The notes under the pieces were generated by a model. That model worked only from the letters and a program-made list of their open reading frames with translations, ran no database searches and was not told where the DNA came from. A stretch of 64,000 bases of DNA from Bacilli bacterium. GTDB lineage: Bacteria; Bacillota_I; Bacilli_A; RFN20; CAG-826. Shown piece by piece: positions 1 through 10,187 of this stretch (position 1 is the first letter of the stretch; each line of letters opens with the position of its first letter). A program made the position numbers and the translations under genes. The stretch covers positions 90,559 to 154,558 of the forward strand of contig JBMNLM010000001.1 in the NCBI GenBank assembly GCA_050952805.1. Reading direction: 5' to 3'.

Positions 1-17
1 ATATTTAGGAGGTAAAA

Positions 18-296
18 ATGCTCTCACAAGTAATGATCATTGGCCGTCTTGGAAAAGTCGTTGATGAAATTTATCGCGAACTTTTCGTTGAAAATTCTCT
101 TTTTGATGATGAAGAAGTCGGAAAAACGAAAGTCGAACGCTATCTTGTTACTTATTGGTCAAGAAATAGTAAAGCACCGTTTTACAAAGTAAAAGAAGAC
201 TACTTAGTCGCAATTAAAGGTCGACTTACGATTGAAGACGATAAAGGAGTAGTCATTGTCGCTGAAGCGATTGATTATTTAGATGATTTAATGTAA
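18..296 (+). CDS. Short single-stranded DNA-binding (SSB/OB-fold)-like protein
   Basis: N-terminal 'QVMIIGRL' and 'LVAIKGRL...IVAEAIDYL' follow the SSB OB-fold pattern; strong SD AGGAGG; no long C-terminal linker. Confidence 0.65.
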   Translation: MLSQVMIIGRLGKVVDEIYRELFVENSLFDDEEVGKTKVERYLVTYWSRNSKAPFYKVKEDYLVAIKGRLTIEDDKGVVIVAEAIDYLDDLM

Positions 297-309
297 GGAA
301 TTTAGCGAA

Positions 310-1083
310 ATGTTTAAGTTTGTCGTTTGGGTCTTAAAATTACTACCGTTCCTATTATGGAATTATTTTCGCTATATCATTCCTTATAGTAGACATCCGG
401 AAAAATATCCCCTTCAAGAAAGATACGACCGCGTTCGTTATATGATTTTAAAATGTTTAAAAACATTTAAGGTTAAAATTCATGTTAATGATTTCCCAAA
501 AAACAGTAAGCGTTACTATTTTGTAGTTAACCACGTTAGTTTACTAGACCCTGTCGTCTTAATTGCTAGTTCAAAAGAACCAATTTTATTTATTGCCAAA
601 AAACAAACGCGAAATATGATGTTTGTTGGTCAAATGTTCCGTGCAATTGATGGTTTATTTCTAGATCGCGGCAACTTACGGCAAGAAATTAAGGTGTATG
701 GAGAAATTAAAAAGTGGCTTAACGAAGATATTAGTAACGTGACGCTTTTCCCAGAAGGAACAAGAAATAAGTCATATAATGCGCCACTTAACGAATTTAA
801 ACCAGGAAGTTTAAAACCGGCTTTTGTTACGGATACTTTAATTCTTCCTGTCGTCGTTTGGGGAACGCAGTTTGTTTTAAATAAACGTTATAACTATAAA
901 CGATATAACGTGTATATTAATTTCCTTGAGGAAGTAGATCCAAAAGAATATAAAGATACAGTTACACTTGCAAAAGACTTAGAAGATACGATGCAAGCAA
1001 AAGTTAACGAAGCTCGTGACTTTCAAAAGAAAATGCTTGGTCATAAACTAACCAAGCGACAAATTAAACATTTAAATTCCTAG
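310..1083 (+). CDS. plsC: 1-acyl-sn-glycerol-3-phosphate acyltransferase
   Basis: NHVSLLD (NHxxxxD) and FPEGTR acyltransferase motifs. Confidence 0.85.
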   Translation: MFKFVVWVLKLLPFLLWNYFRYIIPYSRHPEKYPLQERYDRVRYMILKCLKTFKVKIHVNDFPKNSKRYYFVVNHVSLLDPVVLIASSKEPILFIAKKQTRNMMFVGQMFRAIDGLFLDRGNLRQEIKVYGEIKKWLNEDISNVTLFPEGTRNKSYNAPLNEFKPGSLKPAFVTDTLILPVVVWGTQFVLNKRYNYKRYNVYINFLEEVDPKEYKDTVTLAKDLEDTMQAKVNEARDFQKKMLGHKLTKRQIKHLNS

Positions 1084-2351
1084 TGGCGTAAGCCTTTAGG
1101 GTAAAGATTTTTTAAGGTACCATTAACATTTTTTACATAGCCGAAATTTAGATTTTCGTATTTAACAATGTAGTATCCATTTGCTAAATTATCTCTTTTT
1201 AGCGTTAACCCTTTAAGATACTTTTCTAATTCTTCGTAAGTTAGAGGAAGGCTATTAGTAGAAGGTAAAAAGCGTGCGTAATGGTGATGGGGAACAAGTG
1301 TTTTTCCTTTTAATTCATTTTGCTTTACGCCAAGGCGCAAGATGCGAATATTTTTCGGAAAATATGGATAAGTTAGTCCATACGTTATACCGTTTTGTTC
1401 ATATTCATATAAGGTTGAAAGCTTGTTGTATTTAAAAGCTTTATCCTTTTTTAATTCGCTTTTCTTAAACTCACCCGGCTTTTTTAATTGACAAATAAAG
1501 TGTCCATCACCATCAAAGTAACTTGGAAATAAATGAATCGCTTCTTTTAAGTTTTTGCTGCGATAAAAAGACTTATCACTAGGAAGATTAATGCGTTCAA
1601 CATCAAAACTTTTTTCAAGTGAGAAAATAACTTCCTCGTTTTCTTCATAAGAAAAAGAGCAAGTTGAATAAAGAAGCGTTCCCCCAGGAACTAAAAGCGA
1701 AAACGCTGCATTAATAAGTTCTTTTTGAAATATTGCACAGTTTTGCACCTTTTTTAGCGACCAATCATCAATCATTTTCTCATCTTTTTTAAACATTCCT
1801 GAGCCACTACAAGGGGCATCAAGAATAATTTTTGTAAAGATTGACGGTAGTTTTTTACATAAATTTAGTGCATCTTCATTAGTGACAATTATATTTCCTC
1901 GTCCCATTCGTTCAATATTACTTATTAGAATATTTGCTCTTTTCGTTGACACATCATTAGCGATTATCAACCCCTTATTATTCATCTTTAAACTAGCTTG
2001 AATTGTCTTTCCGCCAGGTGCTGCACATAAATCTAAAACGATGTCATCTTCGCTAAAATCTAGACTCGAACTAACATACATCGCACTTATATCTTGTAAG
2101 TAATAACAACCAGCATCATAAAGAAAATGTTTCGCGGGCGAAATCTCATTTGGATCATAAAAATACCCATTTTTAATAAGTGTGTGTTTTTTTAATCCCT
2201 TAAACGTATTTAAAAGTTTTTCCTCGCTTAATTTTTCTTTGTTTAATAGTAATCCATTGTTTCTAGGAGTAGAAAAACTATCAATTAATTTTTCAATTTC
2301 TTCATCACTTAAATACTTTTGTAAATGCTCGTAAAATTCTTTTTTGTTCAT
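1080..2351 (-). CDS. rsmF: RsmF/RsmB (NOL1/NOP2/Sun) rRNA m5C methyltransferase
   Basis: DLCAAPGGKT, DAPCSGSG, YSTCS motifs; C-terminal LKNLYPKGLR typical of Firmicutes RsmF. Confidence 0.85.
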   Translation of the reverse strand: MNKKEFYEHLQKYLSDEEIEKLIDSFSTPRNNGLLLNKEKLSEEKLLNTFKGLKKHTLIKNGYFYDPNEISPAKHFLYDAGCYYLQDISAMYVSSSLDFSEDDIVLDLCAAPGGKTIQASLKMNNKGLIIANDVSTKRANILISNIERMGRGNIIVTNEDALNLCKKLPSIFTKIILDAPCSGSGMFKKDEKMIDDWSLKKVQNCAIFQKELINAAFSLLVPGGTLLYSTCSFSYEENEEVIFSLEKSFDVERINLPSDKSFYRSKNLKEAIHLFPSYFDGDGHFICQLKKPGEFKKSELKKDKAFKYNKLSTLYEYEQNGITYGLTYPYFPKNIRILRLGVKQNELKGKTLVPHHHYARFLPSTNSLPLTYEELEKYLKGLTLKRDNLANGYYIVKYENLNFGYVKNVNGTLKNLYPKGLRH

Positions 2352-2422
2352 ACTCTTTTATATATAGTATTATTATAATTGAAATACATAAAATTAAGTG
2401 ATTTATTGAGGAGGTAATTTTT

Positions 2423-3730
2423 ATGCGTTTTATCGATATAGTTAGCAAAAAGCGCTATGGAGGAACTTTAACGAAAGAAGAAATTCACTTTTTTATTAGT
2501 GAATACGTAAAGGGTAATATTCCTGATTATCAAGTAAGTGCGCTCCTTATGGCGATTGTCTTTCAAGGTATGAATGTTGAGGAAATTTCCATATTAACTG
2601 AAGAAATGATGCATTCAGGTGACGTTATATCGCTAAAGGATATTAAAGGAATAAAAGTAGACAAACATTCTACTGGCGGCGTAGGCGACAAAACTTCACT
2701 TGTCTTAGGACCGCTAGTTGCTAGTTTTGGTGTACCAGTTGCAAAAATGAGTGGACGAGGCCTAGGCCATACAGGTGGAACACTAGATAAACTCGAATCT
2801 ATCCCTGGTCTATCAATTGACATTCCAAATGATCAATTTATTAAGCAAGTTAATGATGTAGGCTGTGCAATTATTGGTCAAACAGGTAATTTAGTCCCTG
2901 CTGATAAGAAACTTTACGCCCTTCGCGACGTTACGGCGACAGTAGAAAGCATCCCGCTAATTGCTTCTTCAATTATGAGTAAAAAATTAGCTTCAGGAAG
3001 TGACACTATTTTACTAGACGTTAAATTTGGTAGCGGCGCATTCATGAAAAACTTAGAACAAGCGCAAGAACTTGCTCGTCTTATGGTTAAAATTGGTGAT
3101 AATCTTAATCGCGACACAAGAGCTATTTTAACGAATATGGATCAACCGCTAGGACTAGCAGTTGGTAATAGTCTAGAAGTTAAAGAAGCAATTGCGACAC
3201 TTCACGGACACGGGCCAGACGATTTTACGCGTCTTTGTAAATTTGCCGCTTCAATTATGTTAGAACAAGCAAAAGTCGTAAAACATCACGAAGAAGCCCT
3301 ACCTTTAATTGAAGAAAAAATTAAAAACGGTGAAGCATTTAAGAAATTCCGGGAAATGGTTATCGCTCAAGGTGGCGATGTAAGTTATATCGATGATGTT
3401 AGCAAATTTGAAGTTGCCAAAAATATCGTTGAAGTAAAATCAGAAAAGAGTGGTTACGTAAAACATATCGATAGTCTTGCAATTGGTGTCGGTGCAATGA
3501 AACTAGGTGCAGGAAGAGCAACCGTTGATGATGTTATTGATATGTCTGCAGGCATTATTTTAAATAAAAAAGTCGGCCATTTTGTTAATAAAGGCGACAT
3601 TTTAGCGACCATTTATACAAATAAGCCGGAAAAGGAATATAAAGAAGTACTAAAAGAAGTTCACGATGCCTTCGCTTTAACAGATGAAAAAATTGATATT
3701 CCTGCTATTGTCTTTGACTATATTTATTAA
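2423..3730 (+). CDS. pdp: Pyrimidine-nucleoside/thymidine phosphorylase
   Basis: DKHSTGGVGDK, SGRGLGHTGGTLDKLESIPG, SSIMSKK motifs. Confidence 0.95.
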   Translation: MRFIDIVSKKRYGGTLTKEEIHFFISEYVKGNIPDYQVSALLMAIVFQGMNVEEISILTEEMMHSGDVISLKDIKGIKVDKHSTGGVGDKTSLVLGPLVASFGVPVAKMSGRGLGHTGGTLDKLESIPGLSIDIPNDQFIKQVNDVGCAIIGQTGNLVPADKKLYALRDVTATVESIPLIASSIMSKKLASGSDTILLDVKFGSGAFMKNLEQAQELARLMVKIGDNLNRDTRAILTNMDQPLGLAVGNSLEVKEAIATLHGHGPDDFTRLCKFAASIMLEQAKVVKHHEEALPLIEEKIKNGEAFKKFREMVIAQGGDVSYIDDVSKFEVAKNIVEVKSEKSGYVKHIDSLAIGVGAMKLGAGRATVDDVIDMSAGIILNKKVGHFVNKGDILATIYTNKPEKEYKEVLKEVHDAFALTDEKIDIPAIVFDYIY

Positions 3731-3733
3731 TAT

Positions 3734-4999
3734 TTAATCTTTATTTTCTTTTTTTAAACGCGCGACATCTGTCGTGCGTTTTATTTTTGAAAGACGTACG
3801 TAATTAGAATTTAAAGCCTGTTCAAATTTACTATCAAAAGAAGGAATATAAAATTTCTCATCTTTAAGTAACATTGGTAAATATTGTAATTTCTCCCAAA
3901 TATCGGGTCGATTATAAGGATAACTATCTTCCTCGCTTAGATTAACTGGTGTCATAAGTAAGTAATCTAGCGGCGGAAGTGGTGTTTCATTAGCTTTCTC
4001 TATTGCTTTATGAATTGCGTTATTGCTTGCTTTTGATTTTGGTGAGAGCGCTAGTTCGCAAACAGTAAAGCCTAGCGGAATACTTGCCTCAGGGAAACCA
4101 ACTTCACGCGCTGTTTGTATCGCATTATAACAGCGGTTTACGGCGGCAGGATTTGCTAAACCGACATCTTCATAAGCTGTAATAATTAAGCGTCTTGCAA
4201 TTGACTCTAAGTCACCTGCTACAATTAGGCGCGCTAAATAATATAGCGCCGCATCTACATCTGAGCCTCTAATCGATTTTTGAAGCGCGCTAACGCTATC
4301 ATAATGTGCGGACTGGTCTTTATCTAAAATATAATTTGGAACACGCGTTATATTTTTTATTGTGTCTAGTGTAATTTCCGTACTCGTAGTAAGTGCAGCA
4401 ACTTCTAAAATATTGTAAGCAAAACGAAGGTCGCCATTAGCTAGTTTTGCAAGAGCAAGTAGAGCATCATCGCTAATCGTTACGCTATTATTTAGACCAT
4501 TATATGAGGATATTGCTCTTTTTAAGGCAATGATAATTTCTTCATTTGTTAATGCCTTAACTTCAAGAAGATGACACCTAGATCTAATTGCACGATTTAG
4601 TGCTAAATAAGGATTAGCAGTCGTCGCTCCAATCAAAATTATTTCTCCACTTTCAATGTAGGGAAGAAGTAGATCTTGCTTGTCTTTATTTAAACGATGA
4701 ACCTCATCTAGAACGATAACAAAACGTTCATAAAGGTGGCGAGATTCTAATGTTTGGTCAATATCTTTTTTTGTACAAGTTACGGCGTTTAATTTAACAA
4801 CATGTGCTTTTATTGAATTAGCAAAAGCTTCAGCGATTGTTGTCTTGCCACTACCCGGAGGTCCAAAAAGGATGCAAGATACTGCCATGTCATTTTCTAA
4901 ACAAATTCTTAAAAAGCCTTTTTCACCAACGAGGTGTTCTTGGCCAATTATTTCATCAATATTTTTAGGACGCATCCGATAGGCTAGTGGTGTAATCAT
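3734..4999 (-). CDS. rarA: Replication-associated recombination protein A (MgsA/RarA AAA+ ATPase)
   Basis: PLAYRMRP, GPPGSGKTT, DEVHR, GATTANP, SALQKSIRGSD, EDVGLANP. Confidence 0.93.
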   Translation of the reverse strand: MITPLAYRMRPKNIDEIIGQEHLVGEKGFLRICLENDMAVSCILFGPPGSGKTTIAEAFANSIKAHVVKLNAVTCTKKDIDQTLESRHLYERFVIVLDEVHRLNKDKQDLLLPYIESGEIILIGATTANPYLALNRAIRSRCHLLEVKALTNEEIIIALKRAISSYNGLNNSVTISDDALLALAKLANGDLRFAYNILEVAALTTSTEITLDTIKNITRVPNYILDKDQSAHYDSVSALQKSIRGSDVDAALYYLARLIVAGDLESIARRLIITAYEDVGLANPAAVNRCYNAIQTAREVGFPEASIPLGFTVCELALSPKSKASNNAIHKAIEKANETPLPPLDYLLMTPVNLSEEDSYPYNRPDIWEKLQYLPMLLKDEKFYIPSFDSKFEQALNSNYVRLSKIKRTTDVARLKKENKD

Positions 5000-5054
5000 A
5001 CAATAAATATATCATTTTTATGTATATTTATCTATAATGTAAAGGGTAAATAAA

Positions 5055-5510
5055 ATGCGAGTTGTTGTTCAAGTAGTTGAAGATGCAAAAGTAACTATTA
5101 ACCAAAAAGAAGTTGCAAAAATAGATAGAGGTTATCTCCTCTTCGTAGGTTTTACGCATGGTGACAATAAAGAAAAAGCCTGCAAAATGGCCTCCAAAAT
5201 TGCAAAACTACGTTTATTTCCTGATGAGTCAGGGAAAACTAATCTAAATATTTTTAAAGTTAATGGTAGTATTCTTTCAATATCGCAGTTTACGTTATAC
5301 GCAAGTGTTAAGGATGGGAATCGTCCATCTTTCTCAACGAGTATGCCAGGTAGTGAAAGTGAACAACTTTATGACGCATTTAATGAGGCATTAAGAGATT
5401 TAGGCTTAAAAGTAGGGACAGGAGTCTTTGGAGAAAACATGGATATTACGTTTACTAACAAAGGTCCATTTACTTTACTTTTAGATAGCGAGGAACTGTA
5501 TGGCGAGTAA
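5055..5510 (+). CDS. dtd: D-aminoacyl-tRNA deacylase
   Basis: MRVVVQ start, SQFTLYA, GNRPSF, NKGPFT. Confidence 0.92.
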   Translation: MRVVVQVVEDAKVTINQKEVAKIDRGYLLFVGFTHGDNKEKACKMASKIAKLRLFPDESGKTNLNIFKVNGSILSISQFTLYASVKDGNRPSFSTSMPGSESEQLYDAFNEALRDLGLKVGTGVFGENMDITFTNKGPFTLLLDSEELYGE

Positions 5511-6645
5511 AAAGACGCGTGTTATGATTGGTTTAAGTGGCGGCGTCGATAGTGCAGTCGCAGCCTATCTCCTTAAGAAAGAGGGATACGAAGTAATTGG
5601 CGGCTTTATGCGTAATTGGGATGCAATTGCAAACCAAGATATATCTGGAAATCCTACGTTAGATGAACCAATTTGTCCGCAAGAAGTAGACTACGAAGAT
5701 GCTAAAAAAGTCGCTGAAAAACTTGGCATTCCTTTATTTAGAATTGACTTTGTAAAAGAGTACTGGGATGAAGTTTTTAGCTATTTTTTAAGTGAATACG
5801 AAAAAGGTAGAACACCGAATCCAGACGTGTTTTGCAACAAATACATTAAATTTGCACACTTTTTAACGTGGGCAAAAGAACAAAATTGCGATTATATTGC
5901 TACTGGTCACTATGCAAAGTTAGTAGATGAAGATGGTAAGAAAGTTTTACTTAAAGCCTTTGATAAAAACAAAGATCAAACTTACTTTCTCTCGCAACTC
6001 TCTCAAGAACAACTGCAACAAAGTATTTTTCCTCTTGGGGACATTGATAAAACAGAAGTACGCCGTATTGCTCATGAGTTAGACTTAGAAATCGCTGATA
6101 AAAAAGATAGTACTGGTGTATGTTTTATTGGTGAACGGCATTTTAAAGATTTTCTCCACAATTATTTACCAATGCAAAAGGGTGAAATTATTGATATTAA
6201 TTCTAACCAAGTTATCGGAACTCACGATGGCGTTTTCTATTACACAATTGGTCAAAGAAGAGGCTTAGGAATAGGTGGAATTGCAGCAATTCCTGATGCA
6301 AAAGGATGGTATGTTTGTAAAAAAGACATTAAAAACAATCGCCTTTATGTTGCTTGTAACGATAGCGACGAACACCTTTTTAGCGATAGTGCTCGCATCT
6401 CAACTCTAAACTGGAATAACAGAATTCCAAAAGAAAAAGAAATGCTAAATGCTAAGTTTCGTTATCGCCAAAAAAATCACCCAGTAATTATTGAAAAACT
6501 TTCTGAAAACGAATGCATATTAACATTTCCAAAACCTTATAAAGCACTAACTCCTGGACAAGCTTGTGTCTTTTATGATGGCGAAGTATGTCTTGGGGGA
6601 GGGATTATTGAAGAAGTCTTTTATAAGGGGAAGAAAATCAATTAA
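5500..6645 (+). CDS. mnmA: tRNA 2-thiouridylase MnmA
   Basis: SGGVDS PP-loop, GRTPNPDVFCN, ATGHYA, KDQTYFL, YTIGQRRGL, TPGQ. Confidence 0.97.
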   Translation: MASKKTRVMIGLSGGVDSAVAAYLLKKEGYEVIGGFMRNWDAIANQDISGNPTLDEPICPQEVDYEDAKKVAEKLGIPLFRIDFVKEYWDEVFSYFLSEYEKGRTPNPDVFCNKYIKFAHFLTWAKEQNCDYIATGHYAKLVDEDGKKVLLKAFDKNKDQTYFLSQLSQEQLQQSIFPLGDIDKTEVRRIAHELDLEIADKKDSTGVCFIGERHFKDFLHNYLPMQKGEIIDINSNQVIGTHDGVFYYTIGQRRGLGIGGIAAIPDAKGWYVCKKDIKNNRLYVACNDSDEHLFSDSARISTLNWNNRIPKEKEMLNAKFRYRQKNHPVIIEKLSENECILTFPKPYKALTPGQACVFYDGEVCLGGGIIEEVFYKGKKIN

Positions 6646-6683
6646 TTATTCCACTTTTTATTATGTGATATAATAAAATAAAT

Positions 6684-6877
6684 CGAAAAGAAGAAAAAGT
6701 AATCAAAAGTTTTAATAGCGACATCTTGGTAGTGAAAGAAGATGAAAACAACGATTATATGCCACTTCTTAGAGGGACTAATCATCCCCGTGTCTCGCGT
6801 TAAGAGTAATTAAGAGCTATTTTGAATAAGGATGGTACCGCGGAAACTTTCGTTCCTTAGTGTACCTTTTTTATTTT
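6684..6877 (+). ncRNA. T-box riboswitch leader of alaS (Ala specifier GCC)
   Basis: Stem I closed by AAGAAG(6688)/CTTCTT(6765) with AGTA and GTGAAA motifs; GCC at 6761-6763 in the specifier loop; T-box AAGGATGGTACCGCGG (6828-6843) pairs with CGTTCCTT (6851-6858). Confidence 0.88.
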
Positions 6878-6891
6878 CTAGGAGGATAAAG

Positions 6892-9504
6892 ATGAAATAT
6901 TTATCAAGTAACGAAATTAGAAAAATGTGGTTAGATTTTTTTAAATCTAAAGACCACACGCAAATTCCAAGTGCGAGCCTAATCCCAATAAACGATCCAA
7001 CTCTTCTTTGGATTAACTCTGGCGTCGCCGCGCTAAAACAATATTTTGATGGTTCAAAAGTTCCGACGAATAAACGCTTAACGAACGTACAAAAAAGTAT
7101 CCGGACTAATGATATTGAAAATGTTGGCAATACTTCCCGTCACCATACATTTTTTGAAATGTTAGGTAACTTTTCAATTGGTGATTATTTTCGAAAAGAA
7201 GCAATTGAGTACGCTTTTGAAATCTTAACGAGTCCAAAATATTTTGCTCTACCTCTAGATAAGCTCTATTTTACGTATCATCCAAGTGATAAAGAAACGT
7301 ATGAATGTTGGCTTAGTCACGGTGTAAAAGAAGACCACTTAATTCCTTTAGAAGGAAACTTTTGGGAAATTGGTGAAGGACCATGTGGCCCAAACACAGA
7401 AGTCTTTTTTGACCGCGGTGAAAAATATGATTTTGACAAAAAAGGCATTGAACTTTTAAAACAAGACATTGAAAATGATCGCTACTTAGAAATTTGGGGC
7501 ATTGTTTTCTCACAATATAACGCAAAAGATGGCGTCCCAAGGAGTGAATACGAAGAACTACCTTCAAAAAACATTGATACTGGAGCAGGACTAGAAAGAA
7601 TCGCATGTATTTTACAAAACGCTGATTCTAACTTTGAAACCGACTTATTTTCGGGAATAATTAGAAAAACTGAGGAAATAACTGGTAAAAAATATGAAGA
7701 TGATAAAGCCGCTTTTAGAGTTATCGCTGATCACATTCGCGCTACAACGTTTGCTCTAAGTGATGGAGCGCTTTTTGCAAATGATGGAAGAGGCTATGTT
7801 TTAAGAAGACTCGTACGAAGAGCAATGCGCTACGGACGAAAATTAGGTGTAGAAGAACCGTTTTTAAAAGACTTAGTTGATCCAGTAGTCGAAATTTATA
7901 AAGATTTCTATCCAGAAATTGCAACGAACAAAGAAAAAGTTAAAAAACTTATTGAAAACGAAGAAAAACGCTTCTTAAAAACACTAAAAATTGGTGAAGC
8001 TCTCGTTTATAAGATTATTGAAAATTCAGGAATGATAACTTCTGAAGTTGCATTTAAACTTTATGATACATACGGATTCCCGCTTGATATTACAAAAGAA
8101 ATCGCTAAAGAAGAAAACATTGTCTTAGAATTAGATAAATTTGAAGAACTTCTTGAAGAACAAAGAGAAAGGGCAAGAAAAGCTCGTTCAAAAGAAGATT
8201 CAATGCACGTTCAAAGTAGTGACTTACTTGCCTTTACTAAAGAAAGTAAATTTTGCTATGACTCCTTTAGTAAAAAAGCAAAAGTAATTGGTACGTTTGT
8301 TGATGGTAAAAAAGTTGAAGAAATAACAGATGAAGGTGAAATAATCGTTGATGTTACGCCATTTTACGCTGAAGCAGGCGGACAAATTAGCGACGTCGGC
8401 ACTCTATTTAGCGATGATGTACTTGGCGAAATTGATGACGTCAGTAAAGCACCACATGATGAACATCTCCATCATGTAAAACTTCACTACGGAACGCTAA
8501 AAGTTGGTGATGTAGTAACACTAAAAATTGAAGAAACACGCCGTAAATTAATAATGCGTAATCACAGCGCGACGCACCTCCTACAACGGGCACTTCGTGA
8601 TGTTCTTGGCGAGTCAGTTACGCAACAAGGAAGTTTTGTTTCTGATAAATATTTACGTTTTGACTTTAATTATGAAGAAGGCTTAAGCGAAAGCGTTCTA
8701 AATGAAGTTGAAGAAAAAGTTAATGAATATATCGCTCTTGGGCTACCGCAAATTACCGAAATTCTTCCTTTAGAAGAAGCAAAGAAACGCGGAGCAATCG
8801 CGGAATTTAGCGAAAAATACGAAGACATCGTTCGCGTCGTTGGCTTTGGCGATGTCTCGCTTGAATTATGCGGAGGAACGCACGTTAAAAACACAGAAGA
8901 CATTGGATTATTCGTGATTTTAAGCGAACATAGCGTCGCCGCAGGTATTAGAAGAATTGAAGCAACGACTTCGCTTAACGCTTATAAAGAAGTTAAGCAT
9001 CGCGAAAAACTTGCTCATTACTTAAGACTTTTCTTAAAGGCAAAAACGCTTCAAGAAGCTTTACAACTTGCTAAACAATTAAAAGAAACTAACGATGAAC
9101 TTAAAGCAAAACTAGAAGCATTCAATAGAAAAAAGGTGAGCGAATATGCGAAAACTTTAGATGTTGCTTTTAAGGAAATTAACGACATTTCCTTACTCGT
9201 CAAGTTTGTTGAAGGTGGAAATCGTGACTTTTTAGTTAATTTAGCTGATGAACTAAAGGCAAAAGATCCAAGTCGCGTTATTGTTTTAATTGGTGAAGAA
9301 GATGAAAAGTTACCGTTAATTGTAACGCTAGGAAAAGAAGCGATTAAAAAAGGCTATAAAGCTGGCGATATAATGAGAAAAGTTGCAAAGCACCTAGAAG
9401 GAAGTGGCGGCGGTAATCCTTCCTTTGCCCAAGGCCAAGGGAAAAATAGAGATAAGATTAAAACTCTAGAAGATTACGTTATTAAGGAAGTCTTAAATGG
9501 ATAA
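6892..9504 (+). CDS. alaS: Alanine--tRNA ligase
   Basis: HHTFFEMLGNFSIGDYF, GPCGP, IDTGAGLER, NHSATHLL, ELCGGTH, GIRRIEA, GGG; start moved to ATG 6892 behind SD GGAGGA (6881-6886). Confidence 0.97.
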   Translation: MKYLSSNEIRKMWLDFFKSKDHTQIPSASLIPINDPTLLWINSGVAALKQYFDGSKVPTNKRLTNVQKSIRTNDIENVGNTSRHHTFFEMLGNFSIGDYFRKEAIEYAFEILTSPKYFALPLDKLYFTYHPSDKETYECWLSHGVKEDHLIPLEGNFWEIGEGPCGPNTEVFFDRGEKYDFDKKGIELLKQDIENDRYLEIWGIVFSQYNAKDGVPRSEYEELPSKNIDTGAGLERIACILQNADSNFETDLFSGIIRKTEEITGKKYEDDKAAFRVIADHIRATTFALSDGALFANDGRGYVLRRLVRRAMRYGRKLGVEEPFLKDLVDPVVEIYKDFYPEIATNKEKVKKLIENEEKRFLKTLKIGEALVYKIIENSGMITSEVAFKLYDTYGFPLDITKEIAKEENIVLELDKFEELLEEQRERARKARSKEDSMHVQSSDLLAFTKESKFCYDSFSKKAKVIGTFVDGKKVEEITDEGEIIVDVTPFYAEAGGQISDVGTLFSDDVLGEIDDVSKAPHDEHLHHVKLHYGTLKVGDVVTLKIEETRRKLIMRNHSATHLLQRALRDVLGESVTQQGSFVSDKYLRFDFNYEEGLSESVLNEVEEKVNEYIALGLPQITEILPLEEAKKRGAIAEFSEKYEDIVRVVGFGDVSLELCGGTHVKNTEDIGLFVILSEHSVAAGIRRIEATTSLNAYKEVKHREKLAHYLRLFLKAKTLQEALQLAKQLKETNDELKAKLEAFNRKKVSEYAKTLDVAFKEINDISLLVKFVEGGNRDFLVNLADELKAKDPSRVIVLIGEEDEKLPLIVTLGKEAIKKGYKAGDIMRKVAKHLEGSGGGNPSFAQGQGKNRDKIKTLEDYVIKEVLNG

Positions 9505-9934
9505 AATTCTCGCTCTAGATTTAGGAACAACGACAGTTGGTGTCGCCGTTGGGCGACCTAGCGATGAGTTTATTTTTACGCGTCCTGTCATTACCTTTGC
9601 AAAAGGAAATTATCGCTACGCTAGGAAAGAAGTTTTGTCTCTTTGCGAAAAAGAGGGCATAACTACGATTGTTCTAGGTTACCCACTTAACGTTGATGGA
9701 AGAGAAGGCGAAAGAGCTAAAAGCGTTAAACGCTTTAAAAGCGATTTACTAAGTGAATGTCCTAACCTAGAAATAATCTTAGTTGATGAACGCTACTCGA
9801 CGCTAGAAGCTGAAGAACGCCTAAAAAGACTAGGCTATAAACATGCAAAAATTAAAGAGCTAGTTGATAGCGAAGCCGCAAAAATCATTTTAGAAACTTA
9901 TTTTGCAAGATTAAAGGAGAAAGAAAATGACTAA
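9497..9934 (+). CDS. ruvX: YqgF/RuvX family pre-16S rRNA nuclease
   Basis: LALDLG, VLGYP, DERYST, VDSEAA; conserved position after alaS. Confidence 0.92.
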   Translation: MDKILALDLGTTTVGVAVGRPSDEFIFTRPVITFAKGNYRYARKEVLSLCEKEGITTIVLGYPLNVDGREGERAKSVKRFKSDLLSECPNLEIILVDERYSTLEAEERLKRLGYKHAKIKELVDSEAAKIILETYFARLKEKEND

Positions 9935-10187
9935 TAAAGATAGACAAATTACGATAATTGATGAAGATGGAAAAGAATATAATCTAGAAATTCTTTTTAC
10001 ATATGAAAATGAAGAGCGAAAGCAAAAATACGTCTTTTTCTTTGATCCAGAAAACGATGAAGAAGTAATGTATGCTCGCTACTTTGATGATGGGCGTCTT
10101 GAATACATTGAAGACGAAGAAGAACAAAAAGAATGCGAAGAAGTTTTCAACGCATTCGACTTTGATGAATTAACTCTTGAAGATTAA
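9927..10187 (+). CDS. DUF1292 (YrzB-like) acidic protein
   Basis: ITIIDEDG...EILFTYE...IEDEEE...EEVFNAF pattern; usual neighbour of ruvX. Confidence 0.8.
   Translation: MTNKDRQITIIDEDGKEYNLEILFTYENEERKQKYVFFFDPENDEEVMYARYFDDGRLEYIEDEEEQKECEEVFNAFDFDELTLED

Noticed and set aside
2563-3117. Antisense or alternate-frame ORFs inside pdp (and likewise in alaS, hrcA, dnaK, dnaJ, deoC, rpoD, parEC)
   Set aside because: Shadow ORFs overlapping conserved genes, with no recognisable motifs
6832-6891. Track start of alaS at 6832
   Set aside because: That ATG lies inside the T-box sequence; SD and homology point to ATG 6892
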